Assembly (NCBI GenBank): GCA_965199955.1 | Contig: CBDATQ010000002.1 | Coordinates: 448,001-512,000, forward strand | DNA length: 64,000 nt | Source of the DNA: Spirochaetia bacterium | GTDB lineage: Bacteria; Spirochaetota; Spirochaetia; SZUA-6; Bin103 | Direction of reading: 5' to 3' | In this document: piece by piece, positions 1 through 10,791 of the stretch | Layout: every line of letters starts with the position of its first letter | Position numbering within the stretch: the stretch's first letter is position 1 | Notes under the pieces: model-generated | What the model was told of the DNA's origin: nothing | Seen by the model: only the letters and a program-made list of their open reading frames with translations | Database searches by the model: none | Translations under genes and position numbers: made by a program

Positions 1-627
1 GATGAGGCGCTGGATGACCAGGTCGGGCACGCCGCCGAAGTAGCCGGAGATGCCGCCCAGGAGGCAGCCGAGCACGAAGCTGATCAGCACGCCCACCAGG
101 CCGATGGTCAGGCTGACCCGGCTGCCAGCCAGCACGCGCGAGAACACGTCCCGGCCCAGCTCGTCGGCGCCCAGCAGGAACACGCGGCCCTCCCCGGCGT
201 CGAACAGGTGCAGATCGGCGTCGATCGCGCCCCAGAACCGGTACGGCTCGCCGCGCACCAGGAAGCGCACCGGGTGGATCACCGAGCGGTCCTCCACGAA
301 CTCGCGCTGGAAGGTCTCCATGTTCACCTTGCCCGTCAGTCCGTAAACGAAAGGAAGGCGCAGCCGGCCGTCGGGGTCGATCACGCGGACGAGCGTCGGC
401 GGCGCGTGGACGAACCCCTCGTGCTGGGTCAGCGAGCCGTAGGGGGCGCAGAACTCGTAGGTGAAGGCAACCAGGTAGGCCGCGAGCAGTACGACGCCGG
501 CGGCGACCGCCATGCGGTGCTTCCGGAACTTGCGCCACATCAACTGTCGCTGCGAGGCAATGAAGTAGCGCTCCTCCGCGGTCACGGCCGCGTCGGCTCT
601 CTGCAACGCGGTGGTGTCGGTGGCCAC
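1..627 (-). CDS. ABC transporter permease (OppC/DppC-like), 3' end outside window
   Basis: GTG at 627 right after the upstream permease stop; translates MATDTTALQRADAAVTAEERYFIASQRQLMWRKFRKHRMAV...LLGADELGRDVFSRVLAGSRVSLTIGLVG, typical of OppC. Confidence 0.9.
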   Translation of the reverse strand, partial: MATDTTALQRADAAVTAEERYFIASQRQLMWRKFRKHRMAVAAGVVLLAAYLVAFTYEFCAPYGSLTQHEGFVHAPPTLVRVIDPDGRLRLPFVYGLTGKVNMETFQREFVEDRSVIHPVRFLVRGEPYRFWGAIDADLHLFDAGEGRVFLLGADELGRDVFSRVLAGSRVSLTIGLVGVLISFVLGCLLGGISGYFGGVPDLVIQRLI

Positions 628-628
628 G

Positions 629-1624
629 TCAGCCCTTGCGTTCGTAGGTGATGCGTGGGTCCACGACCACCAGCAGGATGTCCGAGATCAGGACGCCGAG
701 CACGGCCAGCGCGCTGATCACCATCAACACGCTTCCGGACAGGTTGATGTCCTGGGCCCGCACGGCGGTGTACATCAGAGGACCGAGCGTCGGCAGGCCC
801 AGGACGATGGCGACGATCGTCTCGCCGCTGATCAGCTCCGGCAGGACGCCGCCCACCCCGCTGACCATCGGGTTCAGCGCCAGCCGCACCGGGTACTTGA
901 AGATCACGCGGGGCTCGGCGACTCCCTTCGCGCGGGCCGTGATCACGTACTGCTTGCCCAGCTCGTCGAGCAGCGTGCCGCGCATGACCCGGATCGTGCC
1001 CGCGGTGGCCGCGGTGCCGATCACGATGACCGGTATCCACAGGTGGCTGATCAGGTCCAGCAGCTTGGCCAGGCTCCACGGCTGCACCTCCATTCCGGGC
1101 GAATAGAAGCCGCCGATGCTCAGGTCGAAGAACTTGTAGAACACGTACAGCAAGATCAGCCCCAGCAGGAAGTTCGGCGTCGCCAGCCCGATGAAGCCCA
1201 GGGTGGTCAGGCTGTAGTCGGTCAGGCTGTACTGGTGGGTGGCGCTGTAGATGCCGATCGGGATCGCCACCAGGTAGGTGAACATGATGCTGATCAGCGA
1301 CAGCATGATGGTACCGCCCAGGCGTTCGGAGATCAGGTCGTTCACCGGGACGCCGCGGATCGAACGCCCCATGTCGCCGGACAGGAACTTGACCATCCAG
1401 TCGGCGTACTGCACCGGCAGGGGACGGTCCAGGCCGTACTGGCTGCGCAGCGCCACCGCCTCGGACTCGGAGACCACGTCGCCTTCCGCCTCCCGCTGCG
1501 CGACGATCGTGTCCACGGCGTCGCCCGGCGGCAACTGGATGACGATGTAGATCACCACGGTGATGACCGCGAGGGTCGCCACCATGTAGAGCAGGCGGCG
1601 CAGCAGATAGGTGGTGTAGTTCAT
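629..1624 (-). CDS. ABC transporter permease (OppB/DppB-like)
   Basis: LPPGD motif, YGLDRPLPVQY, EAA loop YVITARAKGVAE, C-terminal DPRI. Confidence 0.93.
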   Translation of the reverse strand: MNYTTYLLRRLLYMVATLAVITVVIYIVIQLPPGDAVDTIVAQREAEGDVVSESEAVALRSQYGLDRPLPVQYADWMVKFLSGDMGRSIRGVPVNDLISERLGGTIMLSLISIMFTYLVAIPIGIYSATHQYSLTDYSLTTLGFIGLATPNFLLGLILLYVFYKFFDLSIGGFYSPGMEVQPWSLAKLLDLISHLWIPVIVIGTAATAGTIRVMRGTLLDELGKQYVITARAKGVAEPRVIFKYPVRLALNPMVSGVGGVLPELISGETIVAIVLGLPTLGPLMYTAVRAQDINLSGSVLMVISALAVLGVLISDILLVVVDPRITYERKG

Positions 1625-1640
1625 TTCTGGGAAAAGGAAA

Positions 1641-1677
1641 GGGAGAATGAACGGCAGGTCCTGCCGCCCATTCTCCC
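1641..1677 (-). terminator. Stem-loop between binding-protein and permease genes (terminator or mRNA stabiliser)
   Basis: gggagaatgaacggcagg/cctgccgcccattctccc inverted repeat followed on the minus strand by a T-rich tract. Confidence 0.6.
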
Positions 1678-1705
1678 GCAGGTCACGTCCGGTTCGGAGG
1701 CTCGC

Positions 1706-3628
1706 TTACTCCGCGATGTACCACTGTTCCGGCTTGTACGGGGCGTAGAAGTTGGTGTCGGAGCCCCAGAAGATGTTCTCGGAGGGAATGTTCCTCATGC
1801 GGTTGTGGATGATCACCGGATGCGGCGCCAGCCCGACGGTCGGGATGATCGGCAGCTCGTTGGCGAAGTACTCGTAGTACGCCCTGCCGCGCTCGACCGC
1901 TTCCGGCGTGCCGGTGGCGGCCTGCTTGAACGACTGCCAGCGCTCGTTGAGCGCCTTGATCTCGTCCGGGGGCTCGATGCCGATCTCGCCGCCGGTGACG
2001 AACCACAGGCACCATTGGCGGCCCCAGCTATTCGCCGTGCAGCGCTCGAAGGCGAACTCGTCCGGCGTGCCACGCCCGAGCAGGGTGGTGCGGCCCAGGT
2101 GCCATGCCGCGATCGCCGTCTGGTTGGTGTCCAGCCGTTCGCGGAGCAGGGCGCCGTCGATCACCTTGCAGGCGCCGTCGATGCCCACCTGGCGCCAGTC
2201 GTTGGAGATGAGCTCGCAGATCGCCTGCTTCGGCCCCTCCAGGACGCCGATCTCGATCACCAGGCTGAGGCGCGTGCCGTCATCGGGGCGCACGCGGAAG
2301 CCGTCAGCGTCGCGCTTGGAGAGCCCGACGGAGTCGAGGAGCTGGTTGGCTCGATCTGGATCGTAGGCCAGGTTGTCGTTGTACCAGGCCGGATCGAAGA
2401 ACTCCATGGTGTTCAGAGGCGTCGCCGGGTGCGGGTCGCCCATTCCGAAGAAGACGATTTCGTTCATCTGCTCGCGGTTTAGGGCCACCGACAGCGCAAC
2501 CCGGAAATCGCGGTTGTTGAACAGGTCGGTCAGCACCGGCTCGTCGATGTTGTGGTTGATGAACAGCACCAGCTCCGCGGTGCGCAGCGACTGCGCGATG
2601 ATCGTCCGGTAGTCGCCCTGCGCCTCGCCCGCCTTGTAGGTGGGCAGGCTGGGCGCGGTGGCGTAGTAGGCGGCGAAGTCTACCTCGCCCGACGAGACCT
2701 TCAGGTCGTAGAGATCCCGGTCGGCGACGTGGACGACCTCCAGCCGGTCGACGTAGGGAAGCTGGTTGCCGGCCGTGTCGACGTGGTGGTAGTAGGCGTT
2801 GCGCACCAGCAACACGCGATCGCTCTCGATCACCTCCGGCGTGTGCATGTCCATGTAGGGGCGGCCGATGATCACGGCCGACTGGGTGTAGCCCTGCGTG
2901 CCGTGCGCCCGGAACATCCGAGTCCAGTCCTCGTAACCCAACTCGGCGGCGAGGGCGGCGGCGTCCTCGTTGAAGCCGGCGTGGAATCGCTTGAGGTAGT
3001 GCGCGGGCTGGAACAGCACGTTGTCGCCGGAGAAGTGGGTGCGCCCGAAGCGGTCCATGGCGACCGGGTTGGGGGCGGCCCAGGTGATGCTCAGCGTGTA
3101 GTCGTCCAGCGCCTCCCAGACCGCGGGTGCTCCGCCGATCGTGAAGAACGCGTCGATGCCGCGTGCCGAGAGCTCCTCATTGAGGATGTCCTGCTCCCAC
3201 TTGAACAGCATGTCGGCGGTGGTGAACGGCTCGCCGTCCGACCAGCGCAGCCCTTCGCGCAGCTTCAGGGTGAGGGTACGATTCTCGTTCGACCAGGCAT
3301 GGCTCTCGGCCAGGTCGGCCTCGAACGCGCTCGCCGTCTGGTTGTAGCGGAACAGGCCGGTGTGGCGTACCCGCAGGCCGATCGACATGCGGTCCACAGT
3401 GTCCATCATCCGGATCGGGCCGGCGCTGTAGGTGCCGATCGAGTCGAACGGCTCGACCACCAGCGGATTGGACGGCAGCCGCTCCTCCACGGGCGGCAGA
3501 TCGCCGGCCTCGACCATGGCGGCCAGCATCGGCGCCTCCTGGTACGTCATCTGTGCGAAGGCGGTGCCTCCGGCGAGCATCGACAGCGCCAGGGCCGCGA
3601 GCACTCTCCGTACTACGGTCACTTTCAT
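1706..3628 (-). CDS. ABC transporter substrate-binding protein, family 5
   Basis: Signal peptide MKVTVVRRVLAALALSMLAGGTAFA; EAPML...LPPVEERLP, LREGLRWSDGEPFT, GNQLPYVD motifs; true start taken at 3628 within the 797-aa ORF. Confidence 0.92.
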   Translation of the reverse strand: MKVTVVRRVLAALALSMLAGGTAFAQMTYQEAPMLAAMVEAGDLPPVEERLPSNPLVVEPFDSIGTYSAGPIRMMDTVDRMSIGLRVRHTGLFRYNQTASAFEADLAESHAWSNENRTLTLKLREGLRWSDGEPFTTADMLFKWEQDILNEELSARGIDAFFTIGGAPAVWEALDDYTLSITWAAPNPVAMDRFGRTHFSGDNVLFQPAHYLKRFHAGFNEDAAALAAELGYEDWTRMFRAHGTQGYTQSAVIIGRPYMDMHTPEVIESDRVLLVRNAYYHHVDTAGNQLPYVDRLEVVHVADRDLYDLKVSSGEVDFAAYYATAPSLPTYKAGEAQGDYRTIIAQSLRTAELVLFINHNIDEPVLTDLFNNRDFRVALSVALNREQMNEIVFFGMGDPHPATPLNTMEFFDPAWYNDNLAYDPDRANQLLDSVGLSKRDADGFRVRPDDGTRLSLVIEIGVLEGPKQAICELISNDWRQVGIDGACKVIDGALLRERLDTNQTAIAAWHLGRTTLLGRGTPDEFAFERCTANSWGRQWCLWFVTGGEIGIEPPDEIKALNERWQSFKQAATGTPEAVERGRAYYEYFANELPIIPTVGLAPHPVIIHNRMRNIPSENIFWGSDTNFYAPYKPEQWYIAE

Positions 3629-4089
3629 CGTTACTCCTTGTGCGTGGGCGGGCCTGGAAGCCTGCCCGATTGGAATCGACGCGCAGGGTATCGCAGGCGG
3701 GCGCACCGGGCAAGTTGGGCTGCGGCGGTAGTGGGGTCTTTGAAATCGTGGCCGGAGATGGGGCTGCGGTGGCAGACCGGAACGCGCGAGGTGTGCATAG
3801 ACCTTTCCGTCGCGCTTGGTGAACCGGGGGATGGCGCTCCTACGGCGCCCGGAGCTGCTGCCGCTGGACCCCAGCTCCGCCATGGTACCAAAGGACGCCC
3901 CGCTGATGGTCGTATGGGGTCTATTGAAATCGCGCCCGCGAGGGCGGGCGGGGAGCACGGGCGGCGAACGCCGCCGGCACCGACCCAAGCGGCGATCTCG
4001 CAGTGCTGGCTGGGGCGCGGCGCTCCGATAGCGCCGCGTGATCTGGCGAGGGGTATCGTTCCGAATAACGCTTGACCAGAGAGTAAGGC

Positions 4090-5013
4090 ATGGCGACACT
4101 AGCGGTTGGTATGAACGAATCGAGCAGACAACCTCCCCTCAAAGTAATAGCGGGAGCTCCTGGTCGTCCCTTGGTCGTCGGGGACATCAAGATCCAATGC
4201 TACGTCTTGGAAGACGAGCAGCGCGTGCTTACGCAGAGGGGTTTTGGTGGTGCCCTTGTCGACAATTCTGATGCCGGTGATGAAATGACCAGATTAGTGG
4301 GGCGAGAATGGCTTAAACCATTTCTCAGCAGCGACTTAATGCCGGTGCTGAAAATCCCTGTCGCGTTCGCCAACCCGCAGGGCGGAGGATTGGCGTATGG
4401 CTACCCCGCCTCTCTTCTTGTCGACATCTGCAACGCGATCATTCAGGCGGCAGATGAGGGCAGCACAACGTCGCGGCAAGAGCCGCTTTTGAAGAATGCG
4501 AAGAAGCTCATCAGCGGGTTTGCCAAGATCGGCATCATTGCATTGGTTGACGAGGCTACGGGGTACCAGGAGATCCGTGCCAAACGCGACCTCGCGGCGA
4601 TTCTCGAGCGGTTCCTTTCGGAAGAACTGCGGCCGTGGTCTAGGACGTTTCCTTCGGAGTTCTACGAACACATCTTTCGCTTGAAGAATTGGCCTGTTAA
4701 CCCTGCAAGCAATCGTCCATCCGTGATAGGACACTACACCAACGACATCGTCTATGCGCGACTGGCTCCTGGCGTCCTTGATGAGTTGAAGCGCCGCAAC
4801 CCGGTGGTGCCGAGCACGGGCAGGCGGTCGCACAAGCACCACCAGTGGTTCACTGTGGACATCGGCCATCCCAAGCTGCGCGAACATCTTGTGGCGGTGA
4901 CTGCTCTCATGAGGTCCGCGTCATCATGGGATGATTTCAAGACGCGGTTGCAGATGGCCTTTCCTGCCTACGAAACGGACATGCTGTTGCCGTTTCGCGA
5001 CGCGGAACACTGA
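4090..5013 (+). CDS. P63C domain-containing protein (phage-related)
   Basis: CYVLEDEQRVL N-terminus; GIIALVDEATGYQ, PWSRTFPSEFY, TNDIVYARL, HHQW motifs. Confidence 0.85.
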   Translation: MATLAVGMNESSRQPPLKVIAGAPGRPLVVGDIKIQCYVLEDEQRVLTQRGFGGALVDNSDAGDEMTRLVGREWLKPFLSSDLMPVLKIPVAFANPQGGGLAYGYPASLLVDICNAIIQAADEGSTTSRQEPLLKNAKKLISGFAKIGIIALVDEATGYQEIRAKRDLAAILERFLSEELRPWSRTFPSEFYEHIFRLKNWPVNPASNRPSVIGHYTNDIVYARLAPGVLDELKRRNPVVPSTGRRSHKHHQWFTVDIGHPKLREHLVAVTALMRSASSWDDFKTRLQMAFPAYETDMLLPFRDAEH

Positions 5014-5106
5014 CGCCACAACCTCGCTGAGCCGGTGCAGGATGGCAGGCGACCGAGAGAAGCGGGGGCAGGGCCGGCCTAATCGCAAGCGCGATACCGC
5101 CAGCGT

Positions 5107-5673
5107 TTAGGTGATCCCAATGGGCATGAGTGTTCTGCATCGGGTCTGGTTCAAGGAGCGCAGATACGCTATCTGGGCTTGCACCTGATCCATTATCCCA
5201 TCCAAAGACCGGAGGTAATTAAATAACGCGTCTTCCAGGGGGCTCGTGCTCGGAGGCGCGCGCAGCAAGTCCTCCATATTGAGGGGGAAACGAGGAAAAG
5301 CGTAAAGCAATTCGTCTATCTTGCTCTGAATCTCTTCTACAGAGAATCCGAGAGCTGTGGCGGCGCGAATTATCTTGTTATTGTTATTGAAGACAGATGT
5401 CAGTGAGGGCTCCTCGTCCGCAACGGTGGAAAGCGATGATGAAATCACGGCGACATCGACACGCGAAGAAAAGATCATGTTATTCAACGATAGCAGGGCG
5501 GAGTAGTCGCGATAAAGGTTATCGCACTGGCGGTTCTGATCCGAAACGACGACGGTATGAACTAGCGCAAAGGCGGCAAAGCTGAGAGACGCAGCGGACA
5601 TGATGTCTGTCCAGCCGAAGCGCCGAGCGCAGCGGGGCGAATTCATGCGCCCTTCATGGGGAGCATGTCGCAA
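5107..5673 (-). CDS. Hypothetical protein with N-terminal membrane anchor, lower GC
   Basis: 188-aa ORF across a visibly AT-richer stretch; hydrophobic segment SAASLSFAAFALVHTVVV; start uncertain. Confidence 0.5.
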   Translation of the reverse strand: MRHAPHEGRMNSPRCARRFGWTDIMSAASLSFAAFALVHTVVVSDQNRQCDNLYRDYSALLSLNNMIFSSRVDVAVISSSLSTVADEEPSLTSVFNNNNKIIRAATALGFSVEEIQSKIDELLYAFPRFPLNMEDLLRAPPSTSPLEDALFNYLRSLDGIMDQVQAQIAYLRSLNQTRCRTLMPIGIT

Positions 5674-5761
5674 TCGTCAGCCCAAACGGAATCCTCGCGG
5701 ATCGCGTCAAACCAGCACCTGCCCTCAGCGCCGCGGTACTTCCTTTTGATCCCCGCCAAGA

Positions 5762-6127
5762 CTCAGACGCTTGGGTAGTCAGTGAGCAGGATCCGGGTCA
5801 CGAACACATCATCCGCGGTGAACTCGTGCTGGCACATCACTACGCGCCGATAGCTGTCGCCCAAATCCAGCGCCCCGTGGAACAGGAGGTGTCGCCGGGC
5901 GCGAACATGTCCCACGAGCTGGTTACCACCGCAGGGGTCCATTTGGCCCTGGGCAGCCCGGCGAAGTCCTCAATGGCGAGGAAGGTAGCCTCGGAGACGA
6001 ACTCCCCGTCGTCGTCCGCTGCTACCGTGAGCGGCGCGAGGAGGACCACCACGGTGAACAGGGCAGCCACAGCACCCTCTCTATGTGTCCCATGGATCAA
6101 TGGGCAAGCTCGCTCTGGGCGCGTCAT
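5762..6127 (-). pseudogene. Possible small secreted protein, frameshifted
   Basis: Signal-like AVAALFTVVVLLAPLTVAA; another frame continues DLGDSYRRVVMCQHEFTADDVFVTRILLTDYPSV*. Confidence 0.3.
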
Positions 6128-6365
6128 GCGCGCCCCAAGGTGGCGTCTACGCTTATCGTGCCGCTGTAGGTGCCGGCCACATGTGACACCCGGTTCATGC
6201 TGCTGCGGTCGCCGCGAGCAGCACAGCAGCCACGATGGTCGCCGTCGTCGCCGATCAACTTCATGGGTCGGTATAATATCGCTTGACCGTAGCCTTGACT
6301 ACACCCCGCATTGCCTTCACCAGGAATCTAACCCTGCCGAAAGCGTGCCTCACCTAAAAATCTAA

Positions 6366-8329
6366 CCCGAAGTTCCAGAGCCGAAATTGACGTAACTATT
6401 TGAAGCAATGGCAGTTACCGCATTTTGGAGGTGCAATGTGTAGCCACGAGTGTAGTTGACGCTCGTTCCTCTTTCTGCTATCCTGGCAACTATGCCCAGC
6501 AGACAGGGACCCGTGCATGTAGCCACCACTACGCGCCGCCATGGCAACCGGACCTACCACACCCACCTGCTGCGCCGTACCTTCCGCCAGGACGGAAAGA
6601 TCAAGCACGAAACCCTCGGCAACATCTCCCATCTCCCCGATCACGTCATCGATCTGATCCGCAGAGCCCTCAAGGGCGAACCGCTGGTCAACCCCAAAGA
6701 CGCGTTCGACTGCCTGCGCAGCCTCCCCCACGGCCATGTCGCCGCCGTGCTGGGCATCCTCAAGCAGCTCGGACTCCATACCCTCATCGCCCGCAAGGCC
6801 AGCCGCTCGCGCGAGCTGGTCATCGCCATGATCACCGCCCGCGTCATCGACGCGCAGTCCAAGCTGGCCACCGCCCGCGCGCTATCACCGCCGAGCGCGG
6901 CGTCAACCCTCGGCGAGGCGTTGCGGCTGGGCGAGGTCGATGAGAACGAGCTCTACGAGGCGATGGACTGGTTGGTCGGGCGCCAGGCGGCGATCGAGGA
7001 CCGCCTGGCTGAACAGCACCTCAGCGAGCACACGCTGGTGCTCTACGACGTGAGCTCGACCTACTTCGAGGGCAGCCACTGCGAGCTGGCGCAGTTGGGA
7101 CACAGCCGTGACGGCAAGTCGGGCACGCTGCAGATCGTGTTCGGGCTGCTGTGCACCCAGGAAGGCTGTCCGGTGGCGGTGGAAGTCTTGCCTGGCTCTA
7201 CCGCCGACCCGAAGACGGTGAGCGCGCAGGTGGACAAGATCCGCACCCGCTTCGGACTCACGCGGGTGGTGCTGGTCGGCGACCGCGGGATGCTGAGCGC
7301 GGCGAGGATCCGCGAGGACCTGCAAGAGGTGGAGGGGCTGCGCTGGATCACCACGCTGCGCGCGCCGACGATCCGCAAGCTGGTGGCCGCCGGTGAGGTG
7401 GCGCCGTCGTTGTTCGACGAGCGCGACCTGGCCGAGATCACCAGCGAGGAGTTTCCGGGCGAGCGGCTGATCGTGTGCCGCAACCCGTTGCTGGCCGACG
7501 AACGGAAGCGCAAGCGCCAGGAGCTGCTACAGGCCACCGAGCAGAAGCTGGCCCCGATCGCTCAGGCCACCCAGCGCGTCCATCAGCCGCTACGGGGCGA
7601 GGCCGAGATCGGCATGCGGGTCGGCAAGGTGATCAATCACTACAAGGTGGGCAAGCACTTCGTGACCGAGATCACCTCCGAGTCGTTCAGCTTTCGGCGC
7701 GATGAGCACAAGATCGCCGCCGAGCAGGCGCTGGACGGGCTGTACATCGTGCGCAGCAACGTGGAGCCGCAGGTGCTCGACGCGGCGCAGACGGTGCGCG
7801 CCTACAAGGGGCTGTCGAAGGTGGAGCGGGCGTTTCGGTGCATGAAGTCCGTGGACCTGAAGGTGCGCCCGATTCACCACCGGCGCGCCGATCGGGTGCG
7901 GGCGCACGTGCTGCTGTGCATGCTGGCCTACTACGTGGAGTGGCACATGCGGCGCTCGCTGGCGCCGTTGCTGTTCGACGATCACGATCGACAGGGCGCC
8001 GAGCGCAAGCGGGTCTCCGAAGTGGCGCCGGCGCAGCGATCGGCGGCCGCGGCGGCCAAGGCGTCGAGCAAGCGCACCGAGGACGGGCTGCCGGTGCACA
8101 GCTTTCGGACGTTGATCGACGAACTGGGCACCCTGACGGCGAACACGATGCGAATCGCCGACGGCGAAAGCACATTCACGCTGCACACGCACCCGACGCC
8201 GGTTCAGCAGCGCTGTTTCGAGCTGCTTGGGATCAAATCCCGCGTGTAGCCACGCACGCGACCCTGAGGAATCAAGGTAACTATCATGATCACAAAGACT
8301 TCAGAGCATTTCGCTCCTGGAACTTCGGT
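6366..8329 (+). mobile_element. IS1634-family insertion sequence
   Basis: Terminal IR ccgaagttccag(a/g)..gaaat at both ends; CTAA flanks both sides (6362-6365, 8330-8333). Confidence 0.88.
6492..8249 (+). CDS. IS1634-family DDE transposase
   Basis: LLRRTFRQDGKIKHETLGNIS, LYDVSSTYFEG, GHSRDGK, VGDRGM, YKGLSKVERAFR, RVRAHVLLCMLAY. Confidence 0.93.
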   Translation: MPSRQGPVHVATTTRRHGNRTYHTHLLRRTFRQDGKIKHETLGNISHLPDHVIDLIRRALKGEPLVNPKDAFDCLRSLPHGHVAAVLGILKQLGLHTLIARKASRSRELVIAMITARVIDAQSKLATARALSPPSAASTLGEALRLGEVDENELYEAMDWLVGRQAAIEDRLAEQHLSEHTLVLYDVSSTYFEGSHCELAQLGHSRDGKSGTLQIVFGLLCTQEGCPVAVEVLPGSTADPKTVSAQVDKIRTRFGLTRVVLVGDRGMLSAARIREDLQEVEGLRWITTLRAPTIRKLVAAGEVAPSLFDERDLAEITSEEFPGERLIVCRNPLLADERKRKRQELLQATEQKLAPIAQATQRVHQPLRGEAEIGMRVGKVINHYKVGKHFVTEITSESFSFRRDEHKIAAEQALDGLYIVRSNVEPQVLDAAQTVRAYKGLSKVERAFRCMKSVDLKVRPIHHRRADRVRAHVLLCMLAYYVEWHMRRSLAPLLFDDHDRQGAERKRVSEVAPAQRSAAAAAKASSKRTEDGLPVHSFRTLIDELGTLTANTMRIADGESTFTLHTHPTPVQQRCFELLGIKSRV

Positions 8330-8727
8330 CTAACCGAAGCGGCTGGACCTCACGGTCCGGTCCGGAGCCCTTCGCACACCGCGGAGGAGGTTCCGAGGAG
8401 ATGGGGCTGACGATGGGTGAGCGCAGGGCACTCACGGAGCAGGTGGCGCGGCGGTACCGCAGCGCCACCAGGAAGGACAAGACGGTCATCCTCGGCGAGT
8501 TCGTCGAGGCCACCGGCTACACACGCAAGTACGCGATCCATCTGCTGAACTCTTGGGGGCGCTACCCGCGTGGTGCGCATCGACGGACAGATGGTCAAGC
8601 TCGTGGTCGGACGCCCCCGGCGCCCCAAGCCCCGCGCGCGACCGCGCCGCTACGTAAGCGTCCGCTGAACCCCACCTTACGACGGCTGAAATAGCGGGTG
8701 ATCGTCCCTGTCAGGAGGGACGATGAG

Positions 8728-9042
8728 GTGAACGAGAGACACGGGCGCGAGTATTGGAGCCAGCAGGTTGCCGAGTGGCGGAGCAGCGGCCTGTCGAGCA
8801 AGGCGTACAGCGAGCGGCATGGCCTGCCGTATTCGTCGCTGTGCCGGTGGGCGGGCAAGTCGAGGCAGTCCTCGGGGCCGGAGAGTCAGCGGCTGGTCGA
8901 ACTGGGGCAGCGCGGCGGCGGTGCCGAGCCGGGCGCGACGATCGAGCTGGTGGTCGGCCAGCGGTACGTGCTGAAGCTGAGGCGGTCGGTGCGGGCTACC
9001 GATCTGCGCGAAGTACTGGCGGCGCTGGAGGGCGAGCGGTGA
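8728..9042 (+). CDS. tnpA: IS66 accessory protein TnpA
   Basis: WSQQVAEWRSSGLSSKAYSERHGL..LCRW helix-turn-helix; first ORF of IS66. Confidence 0.8.
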   Translation: MNERHGREYWSQQVAEWRSSGLSSKAYSERHGLPYSSLCRWAGKSRQSSGPESQRLVELGQRGGGAEPGATIELVVGQRYVLKLRRSVRATDLREVLAALEGER

Positions 9043-9389
9043 TCCGGGTGGAGCTGGGCGCGGCGCGGATCTTCGTACGGCCTGGGGCGACCGATATGCG
9101 CACGCAGGTCAACGGGCTGGTAGTGCTGGTGCAGGAGCAGATGCAGCTCAGTCCGTTCGAGACGGCGCTGTTCGTGTTCTGCAACGCGCGGCGGCGCGTG
9201 CTGAAAGCGGTGTACTGGGATCGGACGGGATTCTGTCTGTGGATGAAGGGGCGATTTCCGTGGCCGCCAACGGCGACCGAGGCGCGCCGAGAGATCGGCA
9301 TCGAGGAGCTTCGGATGCTGCTGATCGGATCGATTTCTAGCATACCCACGAGGAGCTCCGGTACCGGGAAATCGCCTGAGGTGGGTTGA
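9039..9389 (+). pseudogene. tnpB: IS66 accessory protein TnpB (small deletions)
   Basis: GATDMR...LFVFCN...KAVYWDRTGFCLW; the usual KRLE motif is missing and the 3' end is frameshifted. Confidence 0.75.
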
Positions 9390-9422
9390 CACTGTCAGCA
9401 TATTTCGTGCTATGGCATCTAC

Positions 9423-10791
9423 ATGTCCAGCGCGCCAGCGGTCGCCGAAGAACGCGATGCGCTACGCGAAGAGAATCGTCGCCTGGTCCTGGAAAAGGAC
9501 GATCTGGACGCGAAACTTCGGGAGCTGAACAAAGAAGCTGGATCTCTACGAAGAACAGGTGGAGTGGTTCAAGAACAAGCTGTATGGACGCGGTACCGAA
9601 CAGCTCACCGCCGCCGAGCGGCTGCAGATTCGAGTGTTCGATGAGATCGAACACTCCGCCGACAGCCCATCGCCGGACGATGAGCCGTCCGCGGATCAGG
9701 CGGCCGCCGAGGTGCTTGCGCGCACTGGCAGCCGCCCGCGGCGCAGACCGCTGCCGCAGGCGCTGCCACGGATCGAGCAGGTCATCGACCTGCCCGAGCA
9801 GGACAAGCAGTGTGAGTGTGGCCACCCCCTGGTGCGCATCGGCGAGGACACCTCCGAGAAGCTCGACGTGATCCCGCCGCAGGTACGGGTGATCCGCACG
9901 GTGCGGCCCAAGTACGCCTGTCATCACTGCGAAGGCTCCGGCGACGAAGAGCATCCGGCGGTGCGGATCCCGAAGGGGCTGGCCTCGGAGGGGCTGGCCT
10001 CGGAGGGATTGCTGGCGTTTATCGCCACGGCGAAGTTCTGCGACGCGCTGCCTCTGTACCGCCAGGAGCGGCAGTTCGCGCGCCTCGGCGTCGAGCTGTC
10101 GCGGCGCACGATGTCGGACTGGATGATCGCTGCCGCCACAGCCTGCCAGGCGCTGATGTACGACGGCTACGCGCGCCCGTGTGCGCAGCCCGGCATCGTG
10201 CACGTGGGCTGTTGGGCGCACGTGCGGCGAGCGTTCAAGGAGGCCGCCGACGCGCTGGGCAAGGTGTCCAGCCGGGCCGCAGCGGCGCTGCATGCGCTGG
10301 GGTTCATCGCCAAGCTGTACCGCGCCGAGTCGGAACTGTCGAAGTACCGCGATAAGGACCCTGAGCGGTTCGTGGCCGCGCGGCGCGCACAGGCGCAACC
10401 GGTGCTGGCGAAGTTCCACGGCTGGCTGCAGGAGAAACGCGACCAGGTGCTGCCCGGCTCGGCGCTCGGCAAGGCGGTGGCCTTCGCGCTCAGCGAGTGG
10501 CCGAAGCTGATCCGCTATCTGGACCACCCGCAGATGAGCCCGGACAACAACGCCTGCGAACAGGCGATCCGCCCGTTCGTGGTGGGCCGCAAGAACTGGC
10601 TGTTTTCCGGCAGCCCGCGCGGAGCCAAGGCGAGCGCGATCCTGTACAGCCTGATCGAGACCGCCAAGGCCAACCGGCGCGAGCCGTACTGGTATCTGCG
10701 CGAGCTGTTCGAGAGGCTGCCGCATGCGCGCACCCGCGCCGACTACCTCTCGCTCCTGCCGACTGCGCGTCCACCGCCGCCGGCTTCATAG
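9423..10791 (+). pseudogene. tnpC: IS66 transposase TnpC, frameshifted and internally deleted
   Basis: Coiled-coil start, CECG and YACHHC zinc motifs, LPLYRQE, GCWAHVRR, DNNACEQAIRP..GRKNWLF; the central DDE segment appears deleted. Confidence 0.85.
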
